Below are positions 21,960 to 33,931 of a DNA stretch of 64,000 nucleotides, one piece after another. The DNA lies in the NCBI GenBank assembly GCA_031835245.2, contig JAVKOQ020000076.1, forward strand, positions 1 through 64,000, given 5' to 3'. The first letter of the stretch is position 1. Every line of letters begins with the position of its first letter. The position numbers were made by a program, and so were the translations under genes. The notes beneath the pieces are model-generated. The model saw nothing but the letters and a program-made list of their open reading frames with translations, did not search any database and had not been told where the DNA came from. The DNA comes from Balamuthia mandrillaris. Lineage: Eukaryota.

Positions 21960-23714
21960 TTATCCAATGCAAACAACAGGTTTCAGCTGGTAATAAGCAT
22001 AGTCACCATGACTCTCGATGAACGCCAACAGCTGATCGTGAAAGTACTGCAACGCCTTCTCCGGCAAGAACGGGATGTCGAGCATTATCGCCAAGATCCA
22101 AATCCATCTCTCCGGTCCTCCTCTGCAAAACGCCTTCCAACAAGCGTCAAAGGTATATCCTTTCTCCTTCTTTTCTTCTTCAGAAGCGGAGGAAACGCAG
22201 CCAGCTTCTTGTAAACGTTGGTAGTAAGCTTCTTGGAGGAGGTGACGACTGTGTTTGATGAAGACGTCAGGGCGAACGTCGGATATGAGGACTTGAGCTA
22301 GATCCGCAGTTGGCTCCCACAATCCGACTTCGGACCAATCGAACCATACCATCTCTTCCTTCTCCTCTTCTTCTTGTTCGATCTTCTTCCTTGACGCGGA
22401 ACGCAGGAGATAAAACATGTTGCTGGAGTGAAAGTCGCCGTGACAAAGCGTCCAAGGCACCAAAGGATCGTGCAGATGGGCCTGAAGGGCCTCCCATGAA
22501 GCTCTCGTGAAGGACTCGTCCATGATCCGAACCATCTTGGAAGAGAACTTTAGACCTTGCGTTCTTTCTTCTGCTTCTTCATTCTCCTCGCTTTGTTGCG
22601 GATGCTGTTTGTTGAGGAAACGATGACGGTGTTTCAGCCATGCATTACGTCCTCTTTGCACGCTGAGCTCCCATGAGGCGCGATCCTGTCCGTGGTACCA
22701 CAGCGCACCTTTCAACCAACGGAATGAAGAAGAAAGCAAAGAAGGATCGCGCCAGTGATGAGCGTGCATATCCGCTGCTCGACCAAACATCTGACGCAGC
22801 ACATGCACTTGCAGTTCCTCCTCTTTGGATGAGAGGGAAGAGGAAGCGGAAGAGGAAAAAGAAGGAGAAGGAGAATAAGATGATAACAAGGCTTCGAGCT
22901 TCGTCTGCATTTCAGGGGGAATCCCCCAAACCTGATTTCCAAAGATCATGTTGGTCGGCACCACTAACGTTGTTTCCTTCTTTTCTTCAGCGTCAACAGA
23001 ACAAGAAGAAGAAGAAGAAGAAGAAGAAGAAGAAGAAGAAGAAGAAGAAGAAGAAGAAGAAGAAGAAGAAGAAGAAGAAGAAGAAGAACAAGAAGAAGAA
23101 CAAGAAGAAGAACAGGAAGAAGTAACGTCCGCCATCAGAATGACGAATTCGCCAAAGAGAGCCGAGCCGTGGGCGTAAAGCACGGGTGGCAGGGTCCTCG
23201 CAACAGGCCATCCTCTCGCCAGCGAGGAGCGGTAGAACCAGGCCTCCCTGTACCTCTGGGAGGCTAGGGTTACGTATCGGTCGAACAGGCTGGCACCGCT
23301 CATTTTCAAGATGAACGTTGTCGGCAGCCTTTTTGTTTCTTGCTCTCCTTCTCGTCGGTCGTAAGTGACGCGAAGGCGAGAGATGGCTCCGGTGAGGCCT
23401 CTGTTGCCATCCAAAGCCTCAGCCTCGACTCGCGCCACGGTGGCACCGTTGACGTCTATCACGCCGTTAGAGCGCAGCACTTGTTCCATCCATTGCGGTG
23501 AGACGGAGGAAACGCCCGGCCGCAGCGGTGAGGACGAGGAAGCCGGGGCGAAGGGGTTCCAACGGTGCGAGCGAAGGAGGGCCAGGAGGAAGGCCAGACA
23601 CGCGCGAAGCCAACAGAGGAGCTGGAAACGGATGACCGCCAAGCTGGTAAAGACCATGCGGTGCCTCAGCTGCCAGAGCTGCCGCACCCATCGACTCGTC
23701 TTTGCGAACACCAT
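21960..23714 (-). CDS. APH/choline kinase/EcKL-like phosphotransferase, intronless, with poly-Ser insert
   Basis: 584 aa ORF; FILKM, REAWFY, TLCHGDFHSSNMFY, WFDWSEVG...ADLAQVLIS. Confidence 0.8.
   Translation of the reverse strand: MVFAKTSRWVRQLWQLRHRMVFTSLAVIRFQLLCWLRACLAFLLALLRSHRWNPFAPASSSSPLRPGVSSVSPQWMEQVLRSNGVIDVNGATVARVEAEALDGNRGLTGAISRLRVTYDRREGEQETKRLPTTFILKMSGASLFDRYVTLASQRYREAWFYRSSLARGWPVARTLPPVLYAHGSALFGEFVILMADVTSSCSSSCSSSCSSSSSSSSSSSSSSSSSSSSSSSSSSSSCSVDAEEKKETTLVVPTNMIFGNQVWGIPPEMQTKLEALLSSYSPSPSFSSSASSSLSSKEEELQVHVLRQMFGRAADMHAHHWRDPSLLSSSFRWLKGALWYHGQDRASWELSVQRGRNAWLKHRHRFLNKQHPQQSEENEEAEERTQGLKFSSKMVRIMDESFTRASWEALQAHLHDPLVPWTLCHGDFHSSNMFYLLRSASRKKIEQEEEEKEEMVWFDWSEVGLWEPTADLAQVLISDVRPDVFIKHSRHLLQEAYYQRLQEAGCVSSASEEEKKEKGYTFDACWKAFCRGGPERWIWILAIMLDIPFLPEKALQYFHDQLLAFIESHGDYAYYQLKPVVCIG
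23000..23120. repeat. (AAG)n microsatellite inside the kinase CDS, encoding poly-Ser on the minus strand
   Basis: Direct inspection; frame preserved. Confidence 0.9.
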
Positions 23715-23738
23715 AGGGGGTTCCGCGTTGTTGTCGTG

Positions 23739-23740
<2 letters not shown>

Positions 23741-23791
<51 letters not shown>

Positions 23792-23792
23792 G
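23741..23792. repeat. (GT)n dinucleotide repeat upstream of the kinase gene
   Basis: Direct inspection. Confidence 0.95.
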
Positions 23793-24026
23793 TCAGAAAA
23801 AAAAAAAGTAAAAGTGGAGGGACGGGGAGGGGGAGGTAATGGGTGGCTAGTGCGGATCCCATGGGGTCCAAACCTGATTCCCCATTCTTTCCTTGCATTC
23901 TTGGGAATGTCGACAGTAATTATTATCATGTCGACATGATATAAATTTAAAATTAAAAAAATAAAATATTTACTCATTAATTATTTTTCCTGGAAATTTT
24001 TTGTTACACGGAAGAGGAAAAGAACC

Positions 24027-25322
24027 ATGAAGAGAAGGCTTGACGGACGAGAGAAACCACCAGGAGCAGACAGGGGGAATCAAAAGCAGAAAACACACCA
24101 CGTCGACGTGCCCGCTAGGCCGTGCGACGAGAGTGGTGGTGGTGGTGGTGGTGAAGATGAGGCCGCACGCGGGCCTGAACTCCCGGAAGAGTTGTGGAGC
24201 TTCATCCTTGGTAAACTGCCGAACGGGTTCAGGAGTATCGCCGCCAGAACCTGCCGCCTTTGGTGGTACCGTTGTCTTCCAGCCGTTCTGCCCATGGACA
24301 AAGGCGAACAGCAAACAGAACAACGCTGCATCGTCACCAGCATGAGCGCCGTGTGTTCCTCCATAAACCTGCTGGAGTGGGCTCGCCAAAATGGTTGCCC
24401 TTATTGGGGAGATGAACGCCTCTGCTCGTTGATGGCCGGCGGAGGTCATCTGGAAGCGCTTCGTTGGGCGAGGGAGAAGCAAGGCTTTCCTTGGAACTAC
24501 CATCAGTCGTGTTGCAGGGCTGCCAGAGGGGGTCACTTGGATGTGCTGCGGTGGCTTCTGCCGCAGGAGCAAGAAAGAACCTTTTGGGATGAGCTCTATG
24601 CGGAGGCAGCAGCCGGAGGGCACTTGGACGTGCTCATGTGGATGCAACAGGAAGAAGGAAAGGAGCATTGTTCCTGGGATGAACTCACCTGCACAAGCGC
24701 TGCCAGAGGAGGTCATCTCAAAGTGTTGCAGTGGGTGGTGGAAGAGGCTCCTTATTTGTGGCATGAGAGAATGCTCACAATGGCGGCTGCCAGAGGAGGA
24801 CAGCTGGAAGTGTTGCAGTGGATATGGTCTCACAGAAAGCGTATGAAGAGTAACAAGGAGTGGGACAAAGCAATCTGTGTTGTTGCTGCTGAGAGGGACG
24901 ACTTGAAGATGTTAAAATGGATTGTTAAAACCGGGTGTTGTGGCGGATGGGACGGCAGAACTGCTGAGGCTGCCGCTGTTTTGGGCCACAAGGACCTGTT
25001 GGAATGGGCGCTTCAGAATGGATGTCCTCCTGTACCTCCGGCTTCTTCCTCGTTGACGAAAGCGTTTTGCCTGCTGAAGGGTTACCTTGGTGTTCCTTTT
25101 GTCATCGCTGTACGGGGATATGGAGAACAAACCACTATGGAGGATGCGCTTTTAACGAGTGCTGGTGGACGTTTAGCAAACGCGTACATTCCTTCTGACT
25201 TCAGCGAGGATCTTCCTGGCTTATTTATATATCATGGAGAAGGAGATGCAGCAGCTGCAAGACAACAAATGTTGAGGGCTGGTTTTGTGGAACAAAACTG
25301 GCTTCGTGAACATGTGCCGTAA
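24027..25322 (+). CDS. Ankyrin-repeat protein with N-terminal F-box-like motif, intronless
   Basis: ELPEELWSFILGKL...AARTCRLW; repeats WD..TC..AARGGHL.VLQW....GCPW typical of amoeba and giant-virus ankyrin families. Confidence 0.85.
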   Translation: MKRRLDGREKPPGADRGNQKQKTHHVDVPARPCDESGGGGGGEDEAARGPELPEELWSFILGKLPNGFRSIAARTCRLWWYRCLPAVLPMDKGEQQTEQRCIVTSMSAVCSSINLLEWARQNGCPYWGDERLCSLMAGGGHLEALRWAREKQGFPWNYHQSCCRAARGGHLDVLRWLLPQEQERTFWDELYAEAAAGGHLDVLMWMQQEEGKEHCSWDELTCTSAARGGHLKVLQWVVEEAPYLWHERMLTMAAARGGQLEVLQWIWSHRKRMKSNKEWDKAICVVAAERDDLKMLKWIVKTGCCGGWDGRTAEAAAVLGHKDLLEWALQNGCPPVPPASSSLTKAFCLLKGYLGVPFVIAVRGYGEQTTMEDALLTSAGGRLANAYIPSDFSEDLPGLFIYHGEGDAAAARQQMLRAGFVEQNWLREHVP

Positions 25323-25568
25323 GGAGATGAAGGAAAGAGAAAAGTTGCCGTTTGGAGAGAGAGAACGATGAAGAGTACGAAACATTAAGAAAGAGAATGT
25401 GGAGAAAGAGACAACGGCCGAAGATACCGAGAAGAAGTTAAGAAGCAATCTTCTTCGTCTACGCCTTCTGTAGCTTTCTATAGTGTAGGTGTTCCTTAAA
25501 TAATTGGCCGAAACTCCTTCCTTTGAAGGCAAAGTGTGCTGTTGGGCAGAATAACCCCCACAAACTTA

Positions 25569-26757
25569 ATGGAAGGCCAAGGCAGCTGCTGTTCCAGCAA
25601 CTATCGCGATGGGCAGGAGAGGGAACGGCCCATTTGCATCGTCACGGGGGCCAACACGGGCATCGGCAAAGAGACCGCCTTGGGCATGGCCGCCGCTGGC
25701 TTTCATGTCATCCTGGCCTGCCGCTCCATAGAAAGAGGCCAAGCCGCCACCCAAGACATTCGCCAAACTCTACTCTCTCGCAACGAAACCCAGCACCGTC
25801 AGCAGCAAGGCCATGAGGAAGGAGAAGAACCGTCATTGGAGGTGATGGAGCTGGACTTGTCAGACTTGTCCTCCGTCCGCCGCTTCGTCCGCCTCTTCCG
25901 CAAGGCCCACCCCAAGCTGCACGTTCTGGTCAACAATGCTGCAGTGGTGACGGCCACCAGGAAGGAGAACAATGCGGGGCTGGAGCTGATGTTCGCCACC
26001 AACCATTTGGGTCCTTTCCTGCTCACCAACTTGCTCTTGCCCAGCCTTCAAGCTGCCTCCTCTGCCTCGGATGCCCCTCCAGCCAGGATCATTGTTGTTA
26101 GCTCGGCAGCACACGCGTTTTGTGGGCCGTTGACGGAGGATGATGAAGAGAAGCTCCTTCATGCCCCCCATTTCACCGGAACGGCGGCTAGCGTAGATGG
26201 TTTGTACTTTCTTCCTTAATATCCTTTCAAAAGGAGTTATTCTTGGAAGTGGAGCTTACTAACTGTTCACCCAAGTCTACGGCAGGTCCAAGCTGTGCAA
26301 CGTCCTCTTCACTGTGGAGCTCCACCGCCGCCTCCAACAGCTGCAAGACGGGGGCGCTAACATCATTGTCAACGCCGTGCATCCAGGCCCCGTAAACACC
26401 GACCTCGTTCGTGAGGGTCCGAGGTTCCTCGCCTGGCTGTACCGGTCGGTATCGGCTCTGTTCTTCAAGACCCCGGCACAGGGAGCCAGGGGCTCGCTGC
26501 ATTGCGCCCTGAACCGTCAGCTGGGGGAGCAAAAGGTGTCCGGCAAGTATTTCGGTGATGACAGGGAGGCCGCGCCCAAACCCTTCTCACAGGACAGGGA
26601 GGCGGCCGCCATGTTATGGCAGTGGAGCGAGCGGCTGGCGGGGTGGAAGTGGGAGGAGAGGGACACGTATGACTACGATGAAGAGGAGGAGACGGATGAA
26701 GCAATGGAAAGGAGTGCCGAGAAGGAGGAGCAGGAGGAACAAAAGAGAAACGCATGA
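25569..26757 (+). CDS. Short-chain dehydrogenase/reductase, retinol dehydrogenase-like, copy 1 (one intron ~26200-26274)
   Basis: IVTGANTGIGKETA, LDLSDLSSVR, NHLGPFLLT, YGRSK, NAVHPG. Confidence 0.92.
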
Positions 26758-26979
26758 GCAAGTGAAAGGAATGCCGGCCATTCCGCTCCTGGAGTGACGT
26801 CAATTGTCTTGTCAATTCCCCGATAATATCCTGTTAAGGTAATCAAGTTGAACCTCGGCGAAATAAGAACCAATCAAAGGCCGAAAAGATAATAGAAAAT
26901 TCCCCCATTGGGCTTTTCATTTGTTTACAGACAAAAAGAAAGAAAGAAAGAAAACTGTTTCAACAACACACCGAACGAA

Positions 26980-28192
26980 ATGGAAGGAACGACGGTTGAC
27001 CAAGCCTCCAGCAGCAGTTCCAGCTCTTCGGCCGGCCACGATGGGCAGCGGGAGGAGAAACTGGAACGGCCCGTTTGCATCGTCACGGGGGCCAACACGG
27101 GCATCGGCAAAGAGACCGCCTTGGGCATGGCCGCCGCTGGCTACCACGTCCTCCTGGCCTGCCGCTCCAAGGCAAGAGGCGAGGAGGCCGCACAGGACAT
27201 TCGCCAGGCTCTCCTGGAAACCAAGTCCAAGAAGAAAGAAGAACCGGCAAATCAAGGTGACGAACAAGAACCGTCATTGGAGGTGATGGAGCTGGACTTG
27301 TCAGACTTGTCCTCCGTCCGCCGCTTCGTCCGCCGCTTCCGCAAGGCCCACCCCAAGCTGCACGTTCTGATCAACAACGCCGGCGTGGTGACAGCCACCA
27401 GGAAGGAGAACAACGCCGGGCTGGAGCTGATGTTCGCCACCAACCATTTGGGTCCTTTCCTGCTCACCAACATGCTCTTGCCCAGCCTCCAGGCTGCCTC
27501 CAGCGCGGAGGACGCTCCACCGGCCAGGATCGTGGTGGTGAGCTCGGCGGCGCATGCCTTCTGTGGGCCGTTGAAAGAGAGTGACGAGGAGAAGCTCCTT
27601 CATGCCCCTCATTTCACTGGCACTAAGAGCATGGAAGGTTTGTTTATCTTTTCCTTCTCCTCCTCCTTCCCTTCTCCTTCTGACTCGAACGAACCAAGTC
27701 TATGGCAGGTCCAAGCTGTGCAACCTGCTCTTCACCCTGGAGCTCCACCACCGCCTCCAAGCGGAGGGCGCCAACAACATCATCATCAACGCCGTGCACC
27801 CAGGTGCCGTCCACACCGACCTCGGGCGCGACGCCCCTTGGTTCGTCTCCTGGTTGGTCCGCCCCGTTTCCGCCCTGTTCTTCAAGACGGCGGCGCAGGG
27901 CGCCAAGGTCTCCCTCTTCTGCGCCTTGAACCGTCCGCTGGGGGAGCAAAAGGTGTCCGGCAGGTACTTTGTCAACGACAAGGAGGCCAAGACCAAGCCC
28001 TTCGCGCAGGACAAGGCGATGGCGGCGGTGCTGTGGCAGTGGAGCGAGCGGTTGGCAGGGTGGAAGTGGGAGGAGAGGGACAGCTACGACTATGATGAGG
28101 AGGAGGAAGAGAAGGAAGAGGAGAAGGAGGAAGAGAAAGAAGAAAAGAAAGATAAGCAAGTGGAAGAGAAGGAAGAAGCAGGTGAGGAGTAA
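26980..28192 (+). CDS. Short-chain dehydrogenase/reductase, retinol dehydrogenase-like, copy 2 (one intron ~27638-27698)
   Basis: Same motifs, NNAG, YGRSK; tandem paralogue of copy 1. Confidence 0.92.
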
Positions 28193-28260
28193 AGCAAACA
28201 AAAGTTATTCATGGAAAGCAGAGAATGAAAACAAAAAAAAAGAGTGCATTCTTTTCTCAA

Positions 28261-30314
28261 TTACTTGGTCTTCTTCTTTTTCTTCTTCTCTTTCTTGTCT
28301 CCGTTCTCGGCAGCTTTGCCCTCTGTCTTCTTTTTCTTCTTCTTCTTGCCGTTCTCTTCCTCCGCGGCGGCTCCTTTGTCTGCCTTCTTTTTCTTTTTCT
28401 TCTTTTCCTGCTTGCTCTCCTTTACGTTCTCCTCTTCCTCCTCTTCGTCCGATTGTTTTCTCTTCTTGCCCTTCTTTTTCTCTTCTTTCGTTTGTGCCTT
28501 TGGTACCACATCCATCGATGAAAGAGTGGAATCTGCTGCTGCGTTGTAGGATGAACTCGTTCTAAAGAAAAGTGTAAGTTCAAAAGACAACAAATTTTAA
28601 AAAGAAAAAGAGGAGCGAAAAGAAACCTTGCTTGAGAGGGGTTCTTAAGAGAGCGCTGACTATCATACTTGTCCAAGCTCTTCCGCTTTCCTCCAGTGTT
28701 GCTAATGGCATGCATCTGTCCTCCCTCCAGCTGCCTCATCCTGCTTTCCACTTTAGCTCTGCCCTCCATACCAATCTCTGCGGTGACGTTCTCTCCCAAG
28801 GCGTCGACACGAATAGCCAAGGCAGCCTTGGCCGCCACGATACGACTGACTTTGCCTTTGTTCTTGGGAGCAGCCTGTCCCACCAAGCTGGCGTGGTAGA
28901 TGAGACCATACTTGGGTGTCTCGTGCTTGGTCTTCAAGGCGCGGAAGAGAGCCTTCTCGGCACCGAGGATCTGCACGGTGGAGGCCGGGTACTTGGCAAG
29001 GTTGATAAGACTGCCAGCATGGGCAATGAGGCGGGCGCCGACAAGCTCGCCGACCATCACGCTAAGGTTAGGGGCAATGGCCTGCATGCGGTTCTTTAAG
29101 TATTCAAAGAGCTGCTCGCGGTACTCGTGGATGTCAATGACTTGGTTGCAGAGCTCTGTGATGTTGAGCAGATCTTCTTCGCTGATCTAGGGTGAAAATC
29201 GATTCTGACAGTCAACACAAAAAAAAAAAAACGACAAGAAAAGCAGAAAGACAAACCTCAGTGCCCATAGAAATTTTGGCGGCTTCCTTCAGCTCGGACT
29301 CGATCTCCTCCGGCAAAATGTCAGAAAAGTCAGTGGTGAGAGCGTTGGAGCGCATGCCTAAAAGTACCTTGCAATTAACTTTGGATCAAAAGAGAGAAAG
29401 AGAGGCGGAAAAATTACCCATCAACTTGACTGCCTTTGCGTAAACAATGTTGTCGGAAAGGATCTTCGTCATTTCTGGGAAGTGCCAGCCGTACCACTCC
29501 TTGCAACGCATGGCATATGTGTTGAGTTCCTTGTCCAAATCATCCAACAAAGCTGTTTTAAACACCAAAAAAGTAAGATGAAGACCAAGAAGGAAGTTAT
29601 CAAAAAGAAAAAGACTAAACAAACCAATAGCTTGCACAATCATGACGTCGACCTTGTCAGGACTGAACTTGAGCTTGTAGCGACCCAAGCTATGACTGAG
29701 ACCCAAGGCCATGGACTTCATGTCTCCCTCTCCCACGCCGGAGCCAAGCAGGTCAGTAACCTGCGAGCGGATACCACGAATTAGCTCGTTGACGAGCGAG
29801 TTGTGAAGGCACTTGATGCCCAATTTCTCTTTGATGATACCGCCGAGCTTGGCGTCAGAGACGGCGAGCGTCTCGCCGAGATCCTTCTTGACGACGCTCT
29901 CCTTGAGGAACTTTTTGAGAGTGCTGTCCATCTTGGACTCCACGAGGGCAGTGGCAGCCGCCAAGGCCTCCGTTGTGTTCTCAAACTTGCGAAAGGCTTT
30001 CAGTCCAACCCTTTATAAAATGTAAGCATGTGATACGTCCAGCAAAAGGATAAGAATAACGGAAAGAAGCACCGAGAAGAGGAGAGGGAGAGAGGCCACG
30101 AAAGAGGAGCAAGAGAAGAGAAGCAGAGGAGGGAGCAAAGGGAGCATAATGAGAGGACAAGCACAAAACAAGAGAGAAAGTTGAGAACGAACATTTTTTG
30201 TGAGGAATCGGGGTCCTGGAACTCCTTGTAGATGTTGTTTTCTTGTTGAAGCTTGCCCTCGTTCAAGACTTTGAAGAGGGCATAGCCGGCCGGGGTTTCG
30301 AAGAGCACCAACAT
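28261..30314 (-). CDS. NOP58: Nucleolar protein 58, box C/D snoRNP core, multi-exon
   Basis: [82 protein letters not shown]-rich tail. Confidence 0.95.
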
Positions 30315-31334
30315 TGTTGTGTTATTTTGTTTGCTTTACTGTATGTTTCGAAGAGAGAAAAGAAAACGAGGGTTGTCAGAAAAAAAAACATCCAATCCAT
30401 CGCTCCAAAAGGGGTTGTGTTTAATATTAAAAAGTTGAATTTTGGAGTGAGATTTTGAGAGAGGAGACACAAAGCTCAAAAACAAAGAAAGAAAACACAG
30501 TGATACTTCAAACATAAAAAAAATCAATCATCCGATCAAACTTTATCAACACAAAAACAAAAAGGAGAAAGAAGGAAAAACGGAGTTCGCCGCAAACATT
30601 AGATTGGAACGAAGAAAATTGTAAACAAAAAACAGGGCCTCATCCACTCGCTCACTCACCTTAAAGAAGAAGACCCTTTTTTTATTTTTTTGGCACTCGC
30701 TGCTACGGCTAACAACCCTCACTGCTCCTCTCTCCGGCGGCGGTCGGTCGGTTCTGGCGAAAAGGCCTCTCTCTCTCTCTCTGCTGCTCTTTTCACACTC
30801 GCCAACAGAAAAGAAAAAAAGGAGAAGAAATAGGGAATCCCGCTCGTGGGTCCTCTCCAAATGTCGACAATATAAGGATCATGTCGTCGTTGTAGTAATA
30901 TGTCCATGTCGTCATGTCAATTAAATCGTGTCGTCCTGAAAAAATGATATATCCGTTCTTAATTAACATATTTTCCATATATTGGTTACCTTACGTAACC
31001 TTATACCATTTTAATGATAACGTGACGTGGCAACTTGTGTTGATTGGTCGAAACAAACAAACGCAAACGAAAAGGCGGAGCAAGCCAGCATGTTGCCCAT
31101 CGAAAATCCATAGGGAGAGCAATAAAGAGCATGCGAACCACCATGAACGAACTTCATCGTTCGCTCTCTTCGGCTTTGTCCGTTCTCCGTTTTGCCCGAA
31201 CAACAGAAGGCTGAAAGAGCCGCAGCAGAAAAAAAAAAAAAGAAAGAAAGACTTTATTGAAAGTGAAGAGACAAAAGCTATCGTCGGGTGCACCTCTGCC
31301 TTCTTCTTTTGCAACGCCAACGACATCGACCACC

Positions 31335-33752
31335 ATGGAGAAGGAAGCGGCAACCGCTTACCGTCGCCTTGCCGTAGGGGTGGACCTCGGGACCACCCAC
31401 TGCAGCATGGCCGTCTACCTCAACGACCAGGTCATCGTCATTCCCGAACAGGTCGACGCTCCCTTTGACCCATCCTCCTCTGCCTCTGCCTCTGCTTCGT
31501 CCTCCTCCTACTCCACAGCCACACCCGCCATGGTGGCCTTTCTGCCCGACGGCTCGGTGCTGGTGGGCAGCAAGGCCCGCGACCACCCTCACCCCGAGAA
31601 CGTCGTCTACGGCGCCAAGCGCCTTCTGGCCCGCCGCTACCGCGACCCCTTGCTGCAAAAGGAGCTGCAGCACCGGTCCTTCAGGGTGGTGGAGGAGGAG
31701 GCCACCGGGCGGCCGCTCTTCCAGGTGCTGGGCGGCCGCAGGGCCGTCTCCCCGGAGCAAGCCCTGGGCCTGGTCTTGAGGCACGTCAAAGAGAACGCCG
31801 AGCGTTACCTTGGCCTCGGAGGAGGAGCGATAGAGGAAGCGGTGGTGACGGTGCCGTCGCACTTTACGGACGCGCAGAGGGAGTGCGTGAAGAGAGCGGC
31901 GGCGGAGGCCGGGCTGAGGGTGCAGAGGATGGTGAGCGAGTCCACGGCGGCCTGCATTTGCTATGGCTTTGCCAAGCCCATGGGACTGCCCTCCCTGTGG
32001 CGCTCTGCTATGTCCGCAGCGGCCGCCGAGGAGGAGAGCGAGAGCGAGGAAGAAGAACCGTCCGGGCAAGCGGAGGGAGAGGGCAAGGGGAAGGAGGAAG
32101 CAGAAGAACAAGGGAAGGTGGATCGAATGGAAGAAGAGGAGAAGGAAAGAAGAGAGCGGGTGAGTATACCGACGAGTCCGAGATTTTTTGCCAAGAACGT
32201 GGAGACAACGGTGTTACTCATGGACCTTGGTGGCGGATTTCTCAACGTTTCCATTCTTACTATTGGTTACTCTTCCCTGCTTTCTTTCTGGTTGTTTCTT
32301 TAGTTTATGTTGTTAACATCTATTCTTTGGATGACACAAAAAGGAAGAGGAGTACATGAAGTTCTAGCTGTGGCAGGTACCTCCACTCCATTGGGCGGTG
32401 AGGACTTGACCTCTCGCCTAATGTCATACCATATCGACGAATGGAAGAGGCAAAACCTAGCTTCCTCATCCTCTCTGGAAGAGGACGCAGAAGCCGCTTC
32501 CTCTCCGATGCTGCCAGCCAAGTCCCTCTTTGCATTGCGCCAAGAAGTCGAAAGGCTGAAATGCGGCTTATCAAAAGACTACGTGCAAACGCTGGAAGTT
32601 AAAGGTTTCATGGATGAACAGAGCACCTTCCGTGCTGCCCCTATGAACAGACTGCGTTTCAACGAGATCAACGCCGACTTTTTTGAGAAGTGCATCCATC
32701 CCGTGGAGCAGGTACTGCGCGATGCGAAACTGGAAAAAAGCGACATTGATCACGTTCTCCTCTTAGGTTAGCTTTCTTCTTGTTCCAACAGCTCTCAGCT
32801 GTTCTCATTACTCTTTTCCTCACCTTGTTACCAGGCGGAACAACACAGTACCCCAAAGTGGCATCCATTTTGGAGGAATTCTTCATGGGCAAGGACCAAA
32901 CCGCCAAGAATGTCAGCAAGCCAACCATCATCAAGGACCTCAACCGCGACCCCTCCGTTGTGGCCCGTGGAGCTGCAATCCAAGCTGCCATCCTGAAGGT
33001 TCGTTTTTACGTTCTTCTTCTTCATTCCTTTTCGTTTATCTGTTTGACCGAAGCTATCATATCATTTTTAGGCCCTCGATAGGGATACCAAAGAACAGGA
33101 GATGGAAACAGCTGCTTTCTCCTCCAAACAAGAAGAAGAGGCCCAAGCTAACAAGCTGATGATGCGAAAGGCACTGAAAGAGTTTCTCCTTCTCGACGTC
33201 GCTCCCAACAGTGTAGGCGTTGTAACCGCAGGAGGCGTCATGACGAAGATCGTTCGGCGTAACACGACCATTCCAGTGAGGCACAGTTTGTTCTTCACCA
33301 TCTCCAAGAAAGAGGAACTTGCCTTTGAAAACGCCTTTTTGCAGCAGATGAAGGAACAAGGACAGGCACTCGCCCAGGCAGAAGGAACGTCTCAACTCAA
33401 AAAGCTTCTCAAGATTCGTTTGCTGGAAGGAGAGAAAGCAAATGCGAGTGACAACAACTTTCTTGAAGAGTTGGAACTTCCTCTGTCACCCATCAACCCA
33501 AGCGAAGAAGAAGAAAAAGAAAGAAGAAAGATTAGAATCGAGTTCTCGCTGAACGCAAGCAACGACCTGCAAGTCATCGCAGAGGAGTTTGTGATTGTGG
33601 GGAACAAAGAGCAGAAAGAAGGGAATAAGGCCTCTGTAATGGTTCACTATGGAAAGCAACGAATTGTTGCTGCTGAAGGAGAACAACAAAGGACTCCGCA
33701 TCAACCTCAAGCGACTATCTATCTTCAAGACTGCCTTCTGCCTCTCTATTAA
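31335..33752 (+). CDS. Atypical Hsp70-family protein lacking the lid domain, 4 exons
   Basis: VGVDLGTT, TPAMVAF, AKRLLAR, AVVTVPSHFTDAQR, MDLGGG, LGGEDL, VARGAAIQAAIL, LLLDVAPNSVG, RNTTIP; ends after the beta substrate-binding subdomain, no EEVD. Confidence 0.85.
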
Positions 33753-33783
33753 AATAAAGCCTTAACTGTACAGAATAGCGAGC

Positions 33784-33831
<48 letters not shown>

Positions 33832-33931
33832 AATGGAGCTTGTTTTTAGAGGTGTAAAAAAAGTGAAAAGAACAAGAGAAAGGCAAACTACAAACACGGA
33901 AGAGTAACCAAACCAGAAAGAAGCAAATTAT

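Noticed and set aside
23970..32111. Long antisense or alternate-frame ORFs over the ankyrin, SDR and Hsp70 genes
   Set aside because: Expected shadows of GC3-rich coding sequence; no independent motifs
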